62,978 nucleotides of DNA, filler included, from Rhabdomonas costata (GCA_019059605.1; 45 parts of 45 records of this genome joined end to end with filler, not necessarily neighbours in it); one strand, 5' to 3'. Positions 12,083 to 25,429 are shown, counted from the first letter of the whole stretch. Notes: generated by a model not told the origin, from the sequence alone. Program-made: numbers and translations.

Positions 12083-12823
12083 GTGTATCAACAGTACCCT
12101 AGAAGGACCCTCGGTCGGAAGAGGCCTTCCTCACATCCCTGCTGCCAAATACTTCTTTCTGTCTGAAGTTCAAAGTAACTTTGAAGTTTGAACTTTGAGA
12201 ACCAAAACTGGGCTTTTTTAGAGAGCCGAGTGAAGAGCAAAAAAGAAAATTGTATATTTAAAATGTGCATCTAACACTTCGCAGTCCTGCTGTCTGATCC
12301 TTCAATGCGTCACGTGAAGGGAAGGAGACCTCCAAACGAACTTGTGCATTCTGCATTAAGTGTGATGGGATGGTTAGGCGCCAGTGATTCTAGGCACCTG
12401 TGATGTCGCAGTGAAACCATTCTTTAGGGTTCTGAATGCATGCCCCGGCACCCCGGCACCACAGCGCCTCTACCTCAGTTAAGGGGGGCCATCACCTCAC
12501 AGTATGCACACCACACCNNNNNNNNNNNNNNNNNNNNNNNNNNNNNNNNNNNNNNNNNNNNTTAATTAATTAANNNNNNNNNNNNNNNNNNNNNNNNNNN
12601 NNNNNNNNNNNNNNNNNTTGTTTTGGTCCACTTAGGGCGTTGGACCGAGTGGTTCAGAACACAGAGTACTAGTTGTGCTGCTGGATGTGGTATGCCTATC
12701 CGAAAAGTCTGTCTCATCTGTTCCAAAGGGATTCGGTAGTATTGGAGTGTATTCACCCCGCACCACGTCGCGCGGCAGTGACTGTGCAACCGTTGGCCCC
12801 ACGGTGTGTCATCTCCCTTGCAG

Positions 12824-13039
12824 AGAACGCTTGAGAGTGGGCAGTGGTACCGCTGGACAGGGAGCGCGAATCGGCCCTCCAGCTGGAACGAGAATGGGAA
12901 AATGGACTTCCTGCTGGACGGCAAGCCCCACCAGGTGAAGCAAGGGGAAAGTGACAAGGCGTCCTTCTATGACTCTCCGGACCCGAACGTGAAGTGGGAC
13001 TTCGCTGGGCAGCTGGACAAGTTTGTGCTTGTTCCAAAG
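12824..13039 (+). CDS. Coding exon, unknown protein
   Basis: 216-nt exon bounded by ttgcag and gtgcgc with strong GC3 bias (RTLESGQWYRWTG...DKFVLVPK). Confidence 0.6.
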
Positions 13040-14019
13040 GTGCGCCTGCTCTCTTGGATGCCGAATGCCTGATCTGTTGTTGCGTGGGCAGTCATCTCTT
13101 AGTCATGCGCCTACGATTTTCTAACGTTGCTGGTCAGCAGTTTCGAACAGCTTTTCAATTTGCGACGAACAGACGTCGATTTTCATTCCAGAAAATGTCA
13201 CTTTGGTTGGACGTTGTTGATTATTTTTATTCGTCCGTTGTTCATAAGGCTGTACAATCACAAGTATTACCCGGGTGGCCAGCGCATACCGAATACCTAG
13301 CACGTGGTCTTGTATCATGCAGCATGATTGAATTTATAGATAAAAGGTTGTCGCGAAAACGTCAAGACAATTTGTACAATTGCGTGCTTAACTGGCGGGG
13401 TAGATTACTGGATCTTAAAATCGGTCCGCTGAAAAGAATAACATTTATATAGGACTCCACGTAGTCAGGAAAGAATGCCTGAATTTTTTTGAGGTGACAA
13501 TATAGCTAGGATCAGGTTAAAGATGAAATTTGCAACTGAAACGATAAGTTACTTCAAAGGCGTAATTTTAATGCAATGCCGTTTTGATCTCTGCAAAATC
13601 GCCGGAAATATCTCCCACCCCCCTCCCTTATCAAGCAACGCACCATGCGAGAAGAACGTGTCATTGCGGTGGTGCGGGGGTACGTGTGACCGTTGAGATA
13701 CAGCATTTCAACTGAAATCTCACAGCAGTCTGTTTACTTGATGCATGAGGGAAAAGGCCCCTTTCTTCACCCAAAACCGCTCAGCTGTCGCGGGCAATGT
13801 CGCTGTGGACACGTTTGCTTGACCCACCCAGGAAATGGTTGATAATTGTCGCTTGCCAAGGTTTTCAACAGCCCTGGTGTCACAGGAAAGGAAAACCATA
13901 AAACGCAGTACAAACCCACNNNNNNNNNNNNNNNNNNNNNNNNNNNNNNNNNNNNNNNNNNNNTTAATTAATTAANNNNNNNNNNNNNNNNNNNNNNNNN
14001 NNNNNNNNNNNNNNNNNNN

Positions 14020-15321
14020 TGTTGTTGTTGCTGTGGTTCCTAACTCAAGCTCCTCTGAAAGTCAAGTGTTCCACTATGCGGCGCTTTTTGTGGATGTTCA
14101 GAAGTGTACAGCAATGTATATGGATTCAAGTCCAAAAAGCTACTGCAGAAGCACAGCCAAGCTTTTACTCATGGCCATTTCACCGTGTCTTGGTATTGAA
14201 AACGTTGAAATGTCTTTTCCTCAGTGCCGTGAGCAAGAAGGTCCACAATGTTCAATGTTTGCAACTCTTTATCTCTTTGTAGCACTGCAGGGACAATCTC
14301 CCATGCTTGTCTCCAACGCAACAGCAGTAAAGTTCAGGTTGTGGCTCGCGGAATTCTTTTCAGCCAAAATTCCTGAGCTTCACTTTGAGTGGAAAGTTGA
14401 CCTTGAAGAAGAGTTGGAAGGTGAACTGATTTTGGATGGAAGAGATGGTGAGTCGCCTACATCAGATGCTTGTTTTGTAGCAGAGTGTTCAGCTTTGGAC
14501 TCAGGAGCTGAGGATTTGGCATTGGTGTGTGATGGGAATCAAAGTGGAGAACAAAGTTTTGGTACGTCCGCTGATCCACCTCAGAGTAAGGATTTGTTGT
14601 TTGCCAGAAAGGTCAAATCCCAAAGTCGAAGGTATGAGGCATATATTTTGGGATTACCAGAGGACGAGTGGCCTGAATTTACTCCTCCAAAAAGTGGCAA
14701 GAAATCATGTGGAGATGATTGCGAAGAATGCCTTCCACAAGCAGAAAGCTCTGAAGCTGCGGACGCTGAAGAGATTCCAGTATTTTATGGAGAAATGCCT
14801 TCCACTCCACCTCAGCAGATGATAGGCAAAGCGTCGGAACCTCGCTGCGAGGTTTCGGTGATTTCAAAGAAAAGGAAACGAGCTGGATGTGGAGGTCCTT
14901 CTCTTTCTACTCTTCGGAAAAAAAAGATTGCGCAAAGGGAAGCTAACAGGGCTAAATACGAAAGACACAAGCAACGAAAATCTCAGCGCTATGAGGAAAA
15001 AGAAAAGAAAAATGCTTCGTGTGATAATGACCAGATGCACTTTGGGAGGCCATATTCTGCTGAAGGGCACAGGTCTCCGCGGAGAACAAAGCCTGCACCC
15101 AGAGAGAATGCTGGTCTTCCTGTTCGAGTGAATTTCAATTGCGTGTGCAAGCACTGCAAACTCTCTGTGACAAAAGACGAGGAGGGATGGTGCTGCTCAG
15201 GAGGAACAAAGGTAATTCGATCCCTTGACATACCTGCAGAGCTTATGGAGATTGCGAAGGATCCTGCGTGGTCGCGTCTTTCACGGAAGATTAACAATAC
15301 TTTTTCCATGGGAACACAACC
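14020..15321 (+). mobile_element. Helitron-like ORF fragment: Ulp1/C48-like protease, acidic/basic linker, and N-terminal zinc finger of Rep/helicase
   Basis: Intronless ORF open across the contig, with lower GC than host exons. HYAALFVD..YMDS..EQEGPQCSMF resembles the Ulp1 H-D-Q-C motifs. CKHC..E..CCSGG..P.EL..SRKINNTFSM resembles the Helitron CxxC..CC..GK..IRxYNxxFAF block. Confidence 0.7.
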
Positions 15322-15988
15322 NNNNNNNNNNNNNNNNNNNNNNNNNNNNNNNNNNNNNNNNNNNNTTAATTAATTAANNNNNNNNNNNNNNNNNNNNNNN
15401 NNNNNNNNNNNNNNNNNNNNNGGTTGGGGGCTGAGGGGTGTGGTGGGAAAAACAACGGAAAATTGGAGCGAGGGAATAATTGCTCGAGGGAGACCTTCAT
15501 CTTTTGCAGGAACACAAAACAAAACACCAAACTGAATAGCACTCAAGACGTCTCACCTCACAGAGGAGGAAGGCGAGGCTGACAACACCGAAACCCCGAA
15601 GTAAAAGTCCAGTGCACCGCCCGGGCCAAAAGGTGAGAGAAGAGCCGGAGACGGAGAAGGCTTTCGTCTTTTTTTTGTTTTGTTTATTGTTCTTTTATTT
15701 TAATGTTATTAATGTTATTTATAATAATACACAATCGGATATACAATGTACTACCATGTAATACCAATTACATATTATTATGTATTTTTGTTTGTGTCAT
15801 TTGAAGTGCCACGTAATTCGCCATATTGGGTCAAGTTCCAAGTGGGGTGGGTCGCCAGGTAGGTGTGCTGGCGGAGAGAGGAAAAGGAGGTGGGAAACAC
15901 AGCAGATCGATGGTATTTGGTAACTAAACGTAGCGAAATCAGCTTTCACCCGAAGTTCTTTCCATGGCGTCTGTATGTCTGTGTTCAG

Positions 15989-16191
15989 GCGAAGGTCCAT
16001 GCAAGCCCAGAGACATCTGGGCGCTGGGCTGCGTTATCATTGAGATGCTGACCGAGGACAGGCCTTGGGCCTCCACGCCCATAAATTGTGACAAGTATCT
16101 CTTCCTCGGCAAAACCACCACGTCGCCCCCGCTGGAACCGGGCTACGCCCTGGCCACAGAGACCACATCCTTCTTCGACGCCTGCACGAGG
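15989..16191 (+). CDS. Ser/Thr kinase exon (STE11/MAPKKK-like subdomains IX-XI)
   Basis: DIWALGCVIIEMLTEDRPW; exon is AG/GT bounded. Confidence 0.88.
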
Positions 16192-18801
16192 GTGTTTTTC
16201 GTGTCACATAAGAGTTCAGATGTCGGTGAGTCGGAGGACAACACACAGCACAGACGAAAAGGGACGCGAAAGGACTCGATGACAGAAGCCGCCGTTCACC
16301 CCAGCAATCATGCAACAAATACAGCGGACTGGGAATGGAAAAGAAAGTCGAAGTTTATATGTTCTTTCGCGCCGCGCCACTGTTGCTGCCACAATGGAAC
16401 AGTTCTGTGCTTGGCTGCCGTGATCTTAAGGCTAAGTTAATATTCGAATTCACTCAGCTGAAGCGGCACAGGAACCTTTAACACAAGGAAAAGGAAGTAT
16501 GAAAACAAACGGATGGCTTTGCTTTCGCACATTTTGCCGCCCACCCCACCCCTCACCCCTCCGTGCGGCACAGTTATTGCGCATTTACGACCCGCTGCAG
16601 TTCAGTCATCCCAAAGAAATCCATTCACAGGCGCAGCACCTATATTTGGTCAGTCATTCGTGTGCAACTGTCTCTCTCTGACGTGTCTTGATGTGGGTCT
16701 AGGGTACAAAAGAGGGGCAACCGNNNNNNNNNNNNNNNNNNNNNNNNNNNNNNNNNNNNNNNNNNNNTTAATTAATTAANNNNNNNNNNNNNNNNNNNNN
16801 NNNNNNNNNNNNNNNNNNNNNNNGTTGGGTTGTGGGTGCGATTACAACACGTCATTGTTGGCACCCCCTCTTCGGCTTTCCTCTCCGGCTGCGATTGGTC
16901 TCCGCGGCGCAGGTCTCCGTCCGTCAAGCTGGTTTTTTCAAAGCACCAGAAACCAGCGTTCTTTGTTGGACGCCAGCCTCACGTAATGCCGCAAACCAAA
17001 ACAAACGACGCATCTGGGGTGCACTGGCACTTTGTCTGAACTTTGAGAACAGTAACTTAAAAAGCGCTGTGTTGGTGTTCCGTTGCTTTCTTCTCTCTCG
17101 ACGTTGCTCACAAACTCACAAAGACATCGCCTTTCTCTCTGCATTGGCTGCACAAAATATGATTCGCATTGTTTAGAATCCTATGCTGCGGTCACCGTGG
17201 TCATTCAGAATGCCTAGGCTTGCCAAGAAACTTTATCAACCTCTCTTACACTCTCTTGCAATTTTGTATCAATTGTATCAATTGTATCAATTCTCTCGGT
17301 TGTAGGGAGTGTGGTGCTGTGGGATGTCCCGCGGCGAAAGCACGTCGCCGTATTCCGCTACCACGCCGCACCAGTGAAGGTATAATCGCATTTTTTTTGC
17401 GTGGGGCCTGTTTGCTAACACCGCCGTCCACCTTTCGCACGTCCTTCCTTTGCTGTGCTCCCGCAGCTGTGATGGTGAAGACAAAATTAGTTAGCAACAT
17501 GACAAGTTTTTTTCGTCGGGGAAAATTTTCCCCCACTTTTATATCTTCTCTTCTTCAGGGACGGGCTGAAACCCAACGTGCTCCATTTTCGAGTGGGTTT
17601 TCCATCTGAGGAGTCCGACTTTTGTTATTTACCTTGCTCTGTGTGGGAAAACTTGAGAGCATTGTCGGTGTGGGGGTGATGGATCCGACTCTGGCGGGAA
17701 CCCGACCTCCCACAGCATTCCCATCCGTCTTACCCACAACCAGAGAGGACAGAGCGGTGCAGCATTGCGCGTGCCACGGTGTGGACCGAGAAAAGGGTGA
17801 GTCCCGTGCACCATATGTAGAATGTTGGGATCCCATGGATGGTCCTGTACCTCGACTCGTCCCCGTGAAAAAAATCATTCTTGCTGCGCGAAGTGTTTTC
17901 CACGGTCTCCCCGGCCCTGGCACTGTCTGTCTCTGCAGACGGGCTGATGGTGTTCTTCGACATCCAGACCTTCAAGTGAGCAGCGCCTCCCCTCCCCCTC
18001 CCCCCTCCATCCCCTTCACATTTGAGCAACTCTGTACTGACCTGCCTGGGTGAAGGGGATGGAGGGGGGAGGGGGAGGGGAGGCGCTGCTCACTTGAAGG
18101 TCTGGATGTCGAAGAACACCACCCCNNNNNNNNNNNNNNNNNNNNNNNNNNNNNNNNNNNNNNNNNNNNTTAATTAATTAANNNNNNNNNNNNNNNNNNN
18201 NNNNNNNNNNNNNNNNNNNNNNNNNCGATGCCCTGGGCTCCAGTGGGCTCCAAGGGATACGTCAGCTGTAGCGTTACAGACGCTGCACCGGTGCAGGCCA
18301 AAACAAGGGCCGGTGCAGACGAACAACAATGGCAAAGGACGTGCCGAAAGAACTAAAAACTGCTCGCAATTGAAGACCTTTCAGTGGGACCTGCCATTGT
18401 GCTAGCAATTACGGAATAGAAAAACGTAATTTTCCACATCGTCCTACAACCGTCTGATGCGAGTAAACTTCTAATTCACTTGAGGATGGGAAGGAAACCC
18501 TTTTCCTCAGTGTGAATGGGTGTTTGGAACATCTGAAAGCAGCCGCTGGAAACTCCTTCTCAGAGGCCGTGCACCACTGAGGAAATTATGAGCAATGGGC
18601 CCCCTTTCTTCTGTTTGCTTCAGCAGACAAACTCTGGAGCACGACAAGAGCAGAAGGCGAAAGCGTTTTTGCTTTTGCATTCTATTTTGGGCATCTCCCG
18701 GTGCATCTCCCGGTTGTTGGCTGAGCTGTGAGAGCCTTTGTTGAATGTTAACATACGTTTGCGCTTGTGGCTTTAATCGCATTCGTTGTTCCGTCACTTA
18801 G

Positions 18802-18903
18802 GGGCCGACGTCAACCAGACCGAGACACGTCTTGGCGTGAGCCCGCTGTTCTATGCCTGTGAGGTGGGTCTTGTCGACCTTGCAATACTGCTGCTAGAAA
18901 ACG
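18802..18903 (+). CDS. Ankyrin-repeat exon
   Basis: 102-nt phase 1-1 exon encoding GADVNQTETRLGVSPLFYACEVGLVDLAILLLENG. Confidence 0.85.
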
Positions 18904-19270
18904 GTACGCTCCTTGTTTGCCTCTGCCTTTCCTATTTGTTTCGCACCTGCTCATTGGGTTTTGGCTCCGATATGCATCCGAAAGTCTTTGCTTCCCGGTT
19001 TTCGAAAGCTATTTTTTATCCAAGAGAGGTGTACGGGAGGGGTGGGGCAAAAGAATAAAAAGGGAACGGAAGAAAGGGTAGAGGAGGGCCTCCACATGCT
19101 TTCCCATATTGGGCTTTGGGTGTAAGTGCATTTATGCCCCACCCCCCCACACACACACTACCCGCTGTAACCCGCACATGTCCAACAAATGAAAGCACCT
19201 AGGATCTGGGGCCACAGAGCCCAGACCTCCTGGAAAGAATCTCACTGCAGCACAGGCATCGCCTCCTAAC

Positions 19271-19527
19271 CCCCCACAGCTGCCCACGGTGCACGGTCAC
19301 CTGGATGTTGCAGAGGCCTCCTGGGGTAAAGGCCGCGGAGGTGGCCAGGGACCACCCTCCACCACCCGCCTGCGTCGGGTCAGAGCTGAAGTACACATCG
19401 TTGAGGACATTAGAGATCGCGGCAATATTGTCCTGAACGGTAGTGATGTACCCGCCGATCACCCACAGCTTGCCCAGGAAGGGTACCACCCCGGCGCTAT
19501 TGCGGCTCGGGAAGCTCCCTGAGCCAT
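19271..19527 (-). CDS. Kelch-type beta-propeller exon
   Basis: RNSAGVVPFLGKLWVIGG..LNDVYFSSD..W..VTVHRGQLW; GT donor at 19270. Confidence 0.8.
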
Positions 19528-20356
19528 NNNNNNNNNNNNNNNNNNNNNNNNNNNNNNNNNNNNNNNNNNNNTTAATTAATTAANNNNNNNNNNNNNNNNN
19601 NNNNNNNNNNNNNNNNNNNNNNNNNNNTGTTTGTTTGTCCCCGCTGCCGGGACAAACGAAGGACAAATCAAGGGGAGCGGTTGGTTTGCGGGTGCATCGG
19701 AAGCAAATCTTTCAGTATACCCGAGCTCGGCATTGCAAAACACAAGCAGAGCCACGGGAGTCCACGAGAGGCCACGCGCAAACGGCGTTCTCCCCGTTCT
19801 CCTTTCTCCCTTGCACGGTGGCAGGAAATTTTCGATCGCTGACTAAGGCTGCAGGGGAATAGACGACCTCCCCCTTTCCCCTCCCCCAATTAGGTGTTTA
19901 CAATTATACTTTTGCGTAGCGGCGGCGATATTATCTGTATGCGTAGCAATCGCGGCTCACTCTGACTAGAATTTTCATTTGCGATAGAGAGTGATGCATG
20001 TGTCTCCCGGAATCCCAACAGAAAAATTGCACTGTCCCCTGGGAATTTTCTATAGCAGGCTTATTCCCTTCCACTGCGCTCCGGGCCCAAAATCCTGGGT
20101 GCTCTCATTCATAGCAATGACTACTCAGTTTCCTCGGTCGTAAAGCGATCGATAGTCCCTTTTACGCATTTTATGTGGCGATCTCTACGCTCGTGTCTGC
20201 GCGACAGAGGGGAGGAGGCGTCTATTGAATAAGACCGTGAAAATCCGCGAGAAATTGGAACCAGCGATGACATCTCAAGTAGTGTTTCAAATTGCGACCT
20301 TCGAACCATTTGTAGTGCAGGAGAGAGGGCGCCCACATAATTAACAAAGGTCCAAC

Positions 20357-20560
20357 CAGGTTGGTGATGATGTTGGCCTCGATCTCGCTCATGTCCTGCT
20401 TGAAAACTAGGCTGGCGCCCAGACTGGGCATCGCAATGAACGAGGCCTCCACGGTGGGGCCGTTGCGGTAGTCCACCTGCCCCACTACTGTGGCCGCGGT
20501 GGTGGCCCCAAGGGTGCCTCCCAGGAAGCTTGCCGAGGGGGGCCGGCAGTACCGCCCGCA
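20357..20560 (-). CDS. Cache-like sensory domain exon (membrane-proximal part)
   Basis: 204-nt AG/GT-bounded exon. VDYRNGPTVEASFIAMPSLGASLVFKQDMSE resembles the dCache DYRG..V.A....LGWGLV.K.D..E pattern. Confidence 0.55.
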
Positions 20561-21168
20561 CTGCGAGCGGAATCTGAGCAGACATGCGAACAGCTCTGAA
20601 AGTGCTCATCATAGTCCCGAAAGCTAGAGAGGCAGCTCCGAGGAGGAGGAGTGTTTGTGTAGGAGGTGACCGCACTAGGCTTAGCCATAGTACATGCCGA
20701 AACGTTCATAGAGCAAAAAAATGGTTTGCGCGTCAATACGCCAATCCAGTAAAACACCCACCAGGAAGCAACCAGTCACAACCCGGAAAACTGAGGCACT
20801 CCCGGCCAAAGGAGATGTCCACGTGCCGATGTAGCATCATCAGAAAATACATTCAGTGATCAGACACGCTCAAAGTCGAGAACACAAACCCGGCCGGCAT
20901 ACTTCAAGCCGCTAATGTACCACACCACNNNNNNNNNNNNNNNNNNNNNNNNNNNNNNNNNNNNNNNNNNNNTTAATTAATTAANNNNNNNNNNNNNNNN
21001 NNNNNNNNNNNNNNNNNNNNNNNNNNNNTGTGGTATGTCAAAATGTAATGAAAATTAATGTAATAATGAATGTAATGAAAATTATAGTAAGATGATTTCG
21101 ATGGCGGCCAGACACAAATTCAAAAACACTGCAAATTCCACCCCTGCAGTTCGCCCTCAAGAGCATAC

Positions 21169-22042
21169 CCAAGCAGCTGCCATTGGCAGCCCACGTGCGA
21201 GCTGCCGTGCAAGTCAGCGTACCCCCACCGGTGTACCCTTCACGGCAGCCGAAGGTGCATTGATGCCCCAGCGTCGTGCCCCGTTCACAGAAGAGTCCCC
21301 ACGAGTCCATGGGGCTGCCCGGATATCCACAGTCCACTGGGCAAGGAGCAACGAGTACATGATTTGAGGAGAGAGAATTATGTTGTGGCCAGAGCTGAGT
21401 TTCTTCTCCTTGAGATCAATGTCAAGAGAACCTGTGACCTACTGTCCGGTCCCGTGACACTGCGAACTCCGAACTGCAAAGCGGTAATTCCAATTTTCAC
21501 ACTACACAAAGAAGGTGTATGCGGCCCAGGTCTTCAGGAAAACCCCACACCCCTCGCGCCTTCGAGAAGTCGCGCCTGCTTCTGTGCAAACGGCTGTGCC
21601 CCTCCCTTCGCTGGACTTCTGCTCATGTCGTGAGATATTTCATCAATGACATTGTTCAAGCAGGTTCGCTTCGCGGCATTCGAATGGAAGAGCAAAGACT
21701 TGCATTTCCCCAGGAAACACGTACCAGCACGCGAGTTACGTGGCAGAGCACAACAACAGGATATTTTTTTAATACGAGCTAAGTAGAGCATCGGAATTGA
21801 ATGTGAAGGTGTTCATATCAAACATATCAAATCTAAAATCATAGGCTCATCACGACACAACGGCACTGCCCTTGCTGACCCGCATGGGGAACCTGTGCAT
21901 CGGCGGTATACATATGCAGACACACCTATGCAGCAGTCCAGAGAGGTGCACGGTGGGAATCCGCACCCAGCGGCAGTCGCATTTGGCACATACCCCACGC
22001 CGCACTGGTGGCCCAGCGCAAACCACGCGGTGCAGTTCGCTC
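21169..22042 (-). CDS. Extracellular Cys-rich protein with Sushi/CCP domain (2 exons)
   Basis: Phase 1-1 exons 22042-21926 (6-Cys module) and 21336-21169 (VDCGYP..CTFGCREGY..LTCTAARTW..C) join in frame. Confidence 0.8.
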
Positions 22043-24304
22043 CTATGGGACAGGAGAGGAAGAGAAGGCACACACACACACACACACCAACACCACCAAC
22101 ACACTTTGCGCACCAAAATACCTCTGTCCGCTCTGCGTAGCGCTGTCTTGTCAAGTTGGCCCTTTGTATGCGGGTCCTTGGTAGCCTCAACAGGCGTTTG
22201 TGAGTAATCTTCTTTGGCACCCACCGCTCCGTGCTCGTATACCCAGGTCTGCAATCCCCATGTTGGGCCTTGCGTTGGCGTGGAACTCCTTGTGTGTGTG
22301 GAACTCACGGATGACATCAACGGCACAGTTNNNNNNNNNNNNNNNNNNNNNNNNNNNNNNNNNNNNNNNNNNNNTTAATTAATTAANNNNNNNNNNNNNN
22401 NNNNNNNNNNNNNNNNNNNNNNNNNNNNNNGTTGTATTTTGCGTTGCATGGTCAGGAGTGATTTGGATCGAGCTTTGGGGACAAAAAAGATTCAGGCCCC
22501 GAATGACTTGAATTTTGATGATGTTCTCAGTTGCCTCCATCGAAATTCCGAAGAATGCCGGTTGTATACTTTTTTGATTTTGGGTGTAGAGGACAATGGT
22601 CGCTTGGTGCATCTTTGGCACATTAGGGAAATCAACATGACGAATCTTCTATCATTATCAACGCTCCATCACAGCTAATTTTCAACCCCGCACCTTTCCC
22701 TTTCCCCTTCTCTCTTCCGACCTTGCTAACCTAGCAAATCGCAGTCACTTCTTGTCACTTCAAGTAATTCTTCGTTTACTGAAGTTGGGCGGTGTGCACG
22801 AGTTCTTGCGTTTGGATTTTCGGGATTATGGGCCTTGCTTTGTGGATCCCGCAGCTCTTGGTGGCTTCTGTTGTTCTTATTTTCCCATGGTCGCGAATAA
22901 CAAGAAGAAGTATCTGTTCGACTTCCACTGTTGAGGTAAACGCAAGCTCCTTACCCAGAGAAGGAGCCTACATGATTGCTGTTTGGTTTTTGTGAGATCT
23001 CGTTGAGATCTCCCATTTTGAATTATGATTTACGGAGGATCATTCAAATTCCTGGATTTTTGGAGAAGTTCGAGGGTGTTCTGCTGTTTTCGATTACAGT
23101 TGCTTCTGAGTGAAGAACATTGGCTTGGGGGGGGGGGGCGCCCGCTCCGGCGCTCCGACGCGGACTGGCGCATTCAAATGAGCCTGTCCCTTTACCCAAC
23201 AGATCCCTTTAGGCCGTCCCATCAATATTAATCAAAAATCAGTCCTGGAAGAGTTTTGCTGCTTGCGAATGGATGAGTGTGAATGGTAAACCGTTCTGAT
23301 TTCGGTGGTGGACCTGTTTGAACAGTACTTTGTGGTGTGTCGATCAGAGACGGTGGTAACGGGGCGTTAATCATAACCACCAGAGGTACCCGCTATGTAA
23401 ATAACATGGGGTGCCAAGAAAGCGATGGCATGTAGGAGGCCCCCCTTGCCCGCCTAAACCCAGTGCTGACCACACTAAAACCCTCATCGTGGTGAGCCCA
23501 TCCACCAGAATATCTGGATGGACCAGATTAACTGCAACCCGAAGCAGCGCAGGAAAGAGGGAAGGGAAGGTAGGGGGGAGGTGTGAGCAAGAAGGAGCGA
23601 GCCACACCTTTCCTGGGGTGGAGTCCGCCTGGATCTGGTTGTGAATGGAGCTAATGAATTGCTGATCCTATGCACGTCACAACCGCACATCCAAACTCAA
23701 GCTCACGAGTGAAGAAGTGTGCCCCCAAAAAANNNNNNNNNNNNNNNNNNNNNNNNNNNNNNNNNNNNNNNNNNNNTTAATTAATTAANNNNNNNNNNNN
23801 NNNNNNNNNNNNNNNNNNNNNNNNNNNNNNNNGTGTGGGTGTGTTTGGGGGTTGGGGTGCCTGTTGTTTCGTTCGTGCGGCCACCCTCACTTCTTCACCC
23901 TCACTACTCTGGAATGTGTCATGGGTTGCGTTTGCGTTGCTGATAATCAAAGAGAGACCACTAGAGACCCCCCCTCACGCATTACAGGAGCCATATTGCT
24001 AAGCAAGGCCGTCCCAAGCACAGCATCTAAGCTCGAGCGGTGTACCAATGCGTATGCGCATCGCGTGCGTGTCGCAGTGCGTGCCTCCTCTTGGATCTTA
24101 GTGTGTGTGTGTGTGTGTGTTCTTGACAGTTCAGATTTAGCCCAACGGTGGCCTCCTCTCGCCCCATCAGCTTCCCCTGGAAGACCTGAAATGTCCGGAT
24201 TACACATACACACCGCAATCTCCGCAACACGCATCCCAAACCAGGGCTTCTACTGATACTGCAGGTGTGCTTCCAGTGAACTCAACGGCACCTCCCGATG
24301 ATAC

Positions 24305-24531
24305 CTGCAATCAGCAGCACCGCAGTGTTGGCCAGGTGCCCCTCAATGGACATCCATTGCAGGAAGGCATCTAGGTCCGGGTCCATTCCCCCGATGACCT
24401 CCATACTCCCCTCGTGGTTGTCTGTGAAGTGGGCCTGAGCCACGCGGCCCACCCCGGCCGCGGAGTAGCCCCGCCAGAGCTGAGTGAGGTAGTCGAACAT
24501 GTACTGGTGCACGTGGCGGCCGTTAATGCAC
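24305..24531 (-). CDS. DUF229-like (alkaline phosphatase/sulfatase superfamily) exon
   Basis: CING..HQYMFDYL..NHE..MDPDLDAFL..GHLANTAVLLIA, then a phase-1 G that would begin the expected DHG motif. Confidence 0.7.
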
Positions 24532-25429
24532 CTGTGAGTGAGTGCGGCAGTGACCCACATCAAGAGACCGTCCCGCCGATATATACTTCACTTGTGTGTC
24601 TTAGTAGTTTGACAACTGAACAAAAGTTTGGTTTTCGTTGGCTAGAGTTGGAGGCGGAGGTCAAAAAGAAGAAGAAAAAGGATGGGGTAGAATTGCGTCA
24701 GTCGTCTTGTCATTCACGCCCCTCCGAGAAAGTTAGCGTGAAGGTGCGGAAGCCAATTCTGAACACAACCAATGCAACCGTTATGAACAGCACGCCGCTT
24801 GGATTCGGAGTTGATACGAATCCATGGAAGAAAAGTTGAAGAGTAACCCTGGAAAACGTATGGGGATGAACGGGAGAAGCAGACAGCGACTGGTAACACT
24901 AACACCTACACACGCCCAGATGGCCGTGAGTCTGACTCCACAAAAAACGCAATTGATAGCCACAGATGCAAGAATGGCAGCTTCCCTTCTTTGGTCCTTT
25001 CAGAGGTTTCTTTGGAGCTTTAGTTCAATAGAGGAGCTACTGCTACTCATTCCCCCAAGACAGGCGCCGCATCCCATTTTCAATAAAACTGGTGAAAGTG
25101 CGGCGGCAGAAGGCGGTGGGATGGACCCACACCCNNNNNNNNNNNNNNNNNNNNNNNNNNNNNNNNNNNNNNNNNNNNTTAATTAATTAANNNNNNNNNN
25201 NNNNNNNNNNNNNNNNNNNNNNNNNNNNNNNNNNGTTTTTCTTGCATATAAAATTGTATTTTTTTTAATTTGAATTTGAATACTTGTCGACGCGGTTGTC
25301 TGTTACACGGAGGCGTTCGCGTAGTGTTGACTTCTAGTTGTGTTTCTCTGCCGTCCGATTGCAAGGCAAGCGAATCGAGCCCCTTGCTCTTGTTGACTTG
25401 CTTTCTACCTTTGCCTTCTTTTGTGGCCT

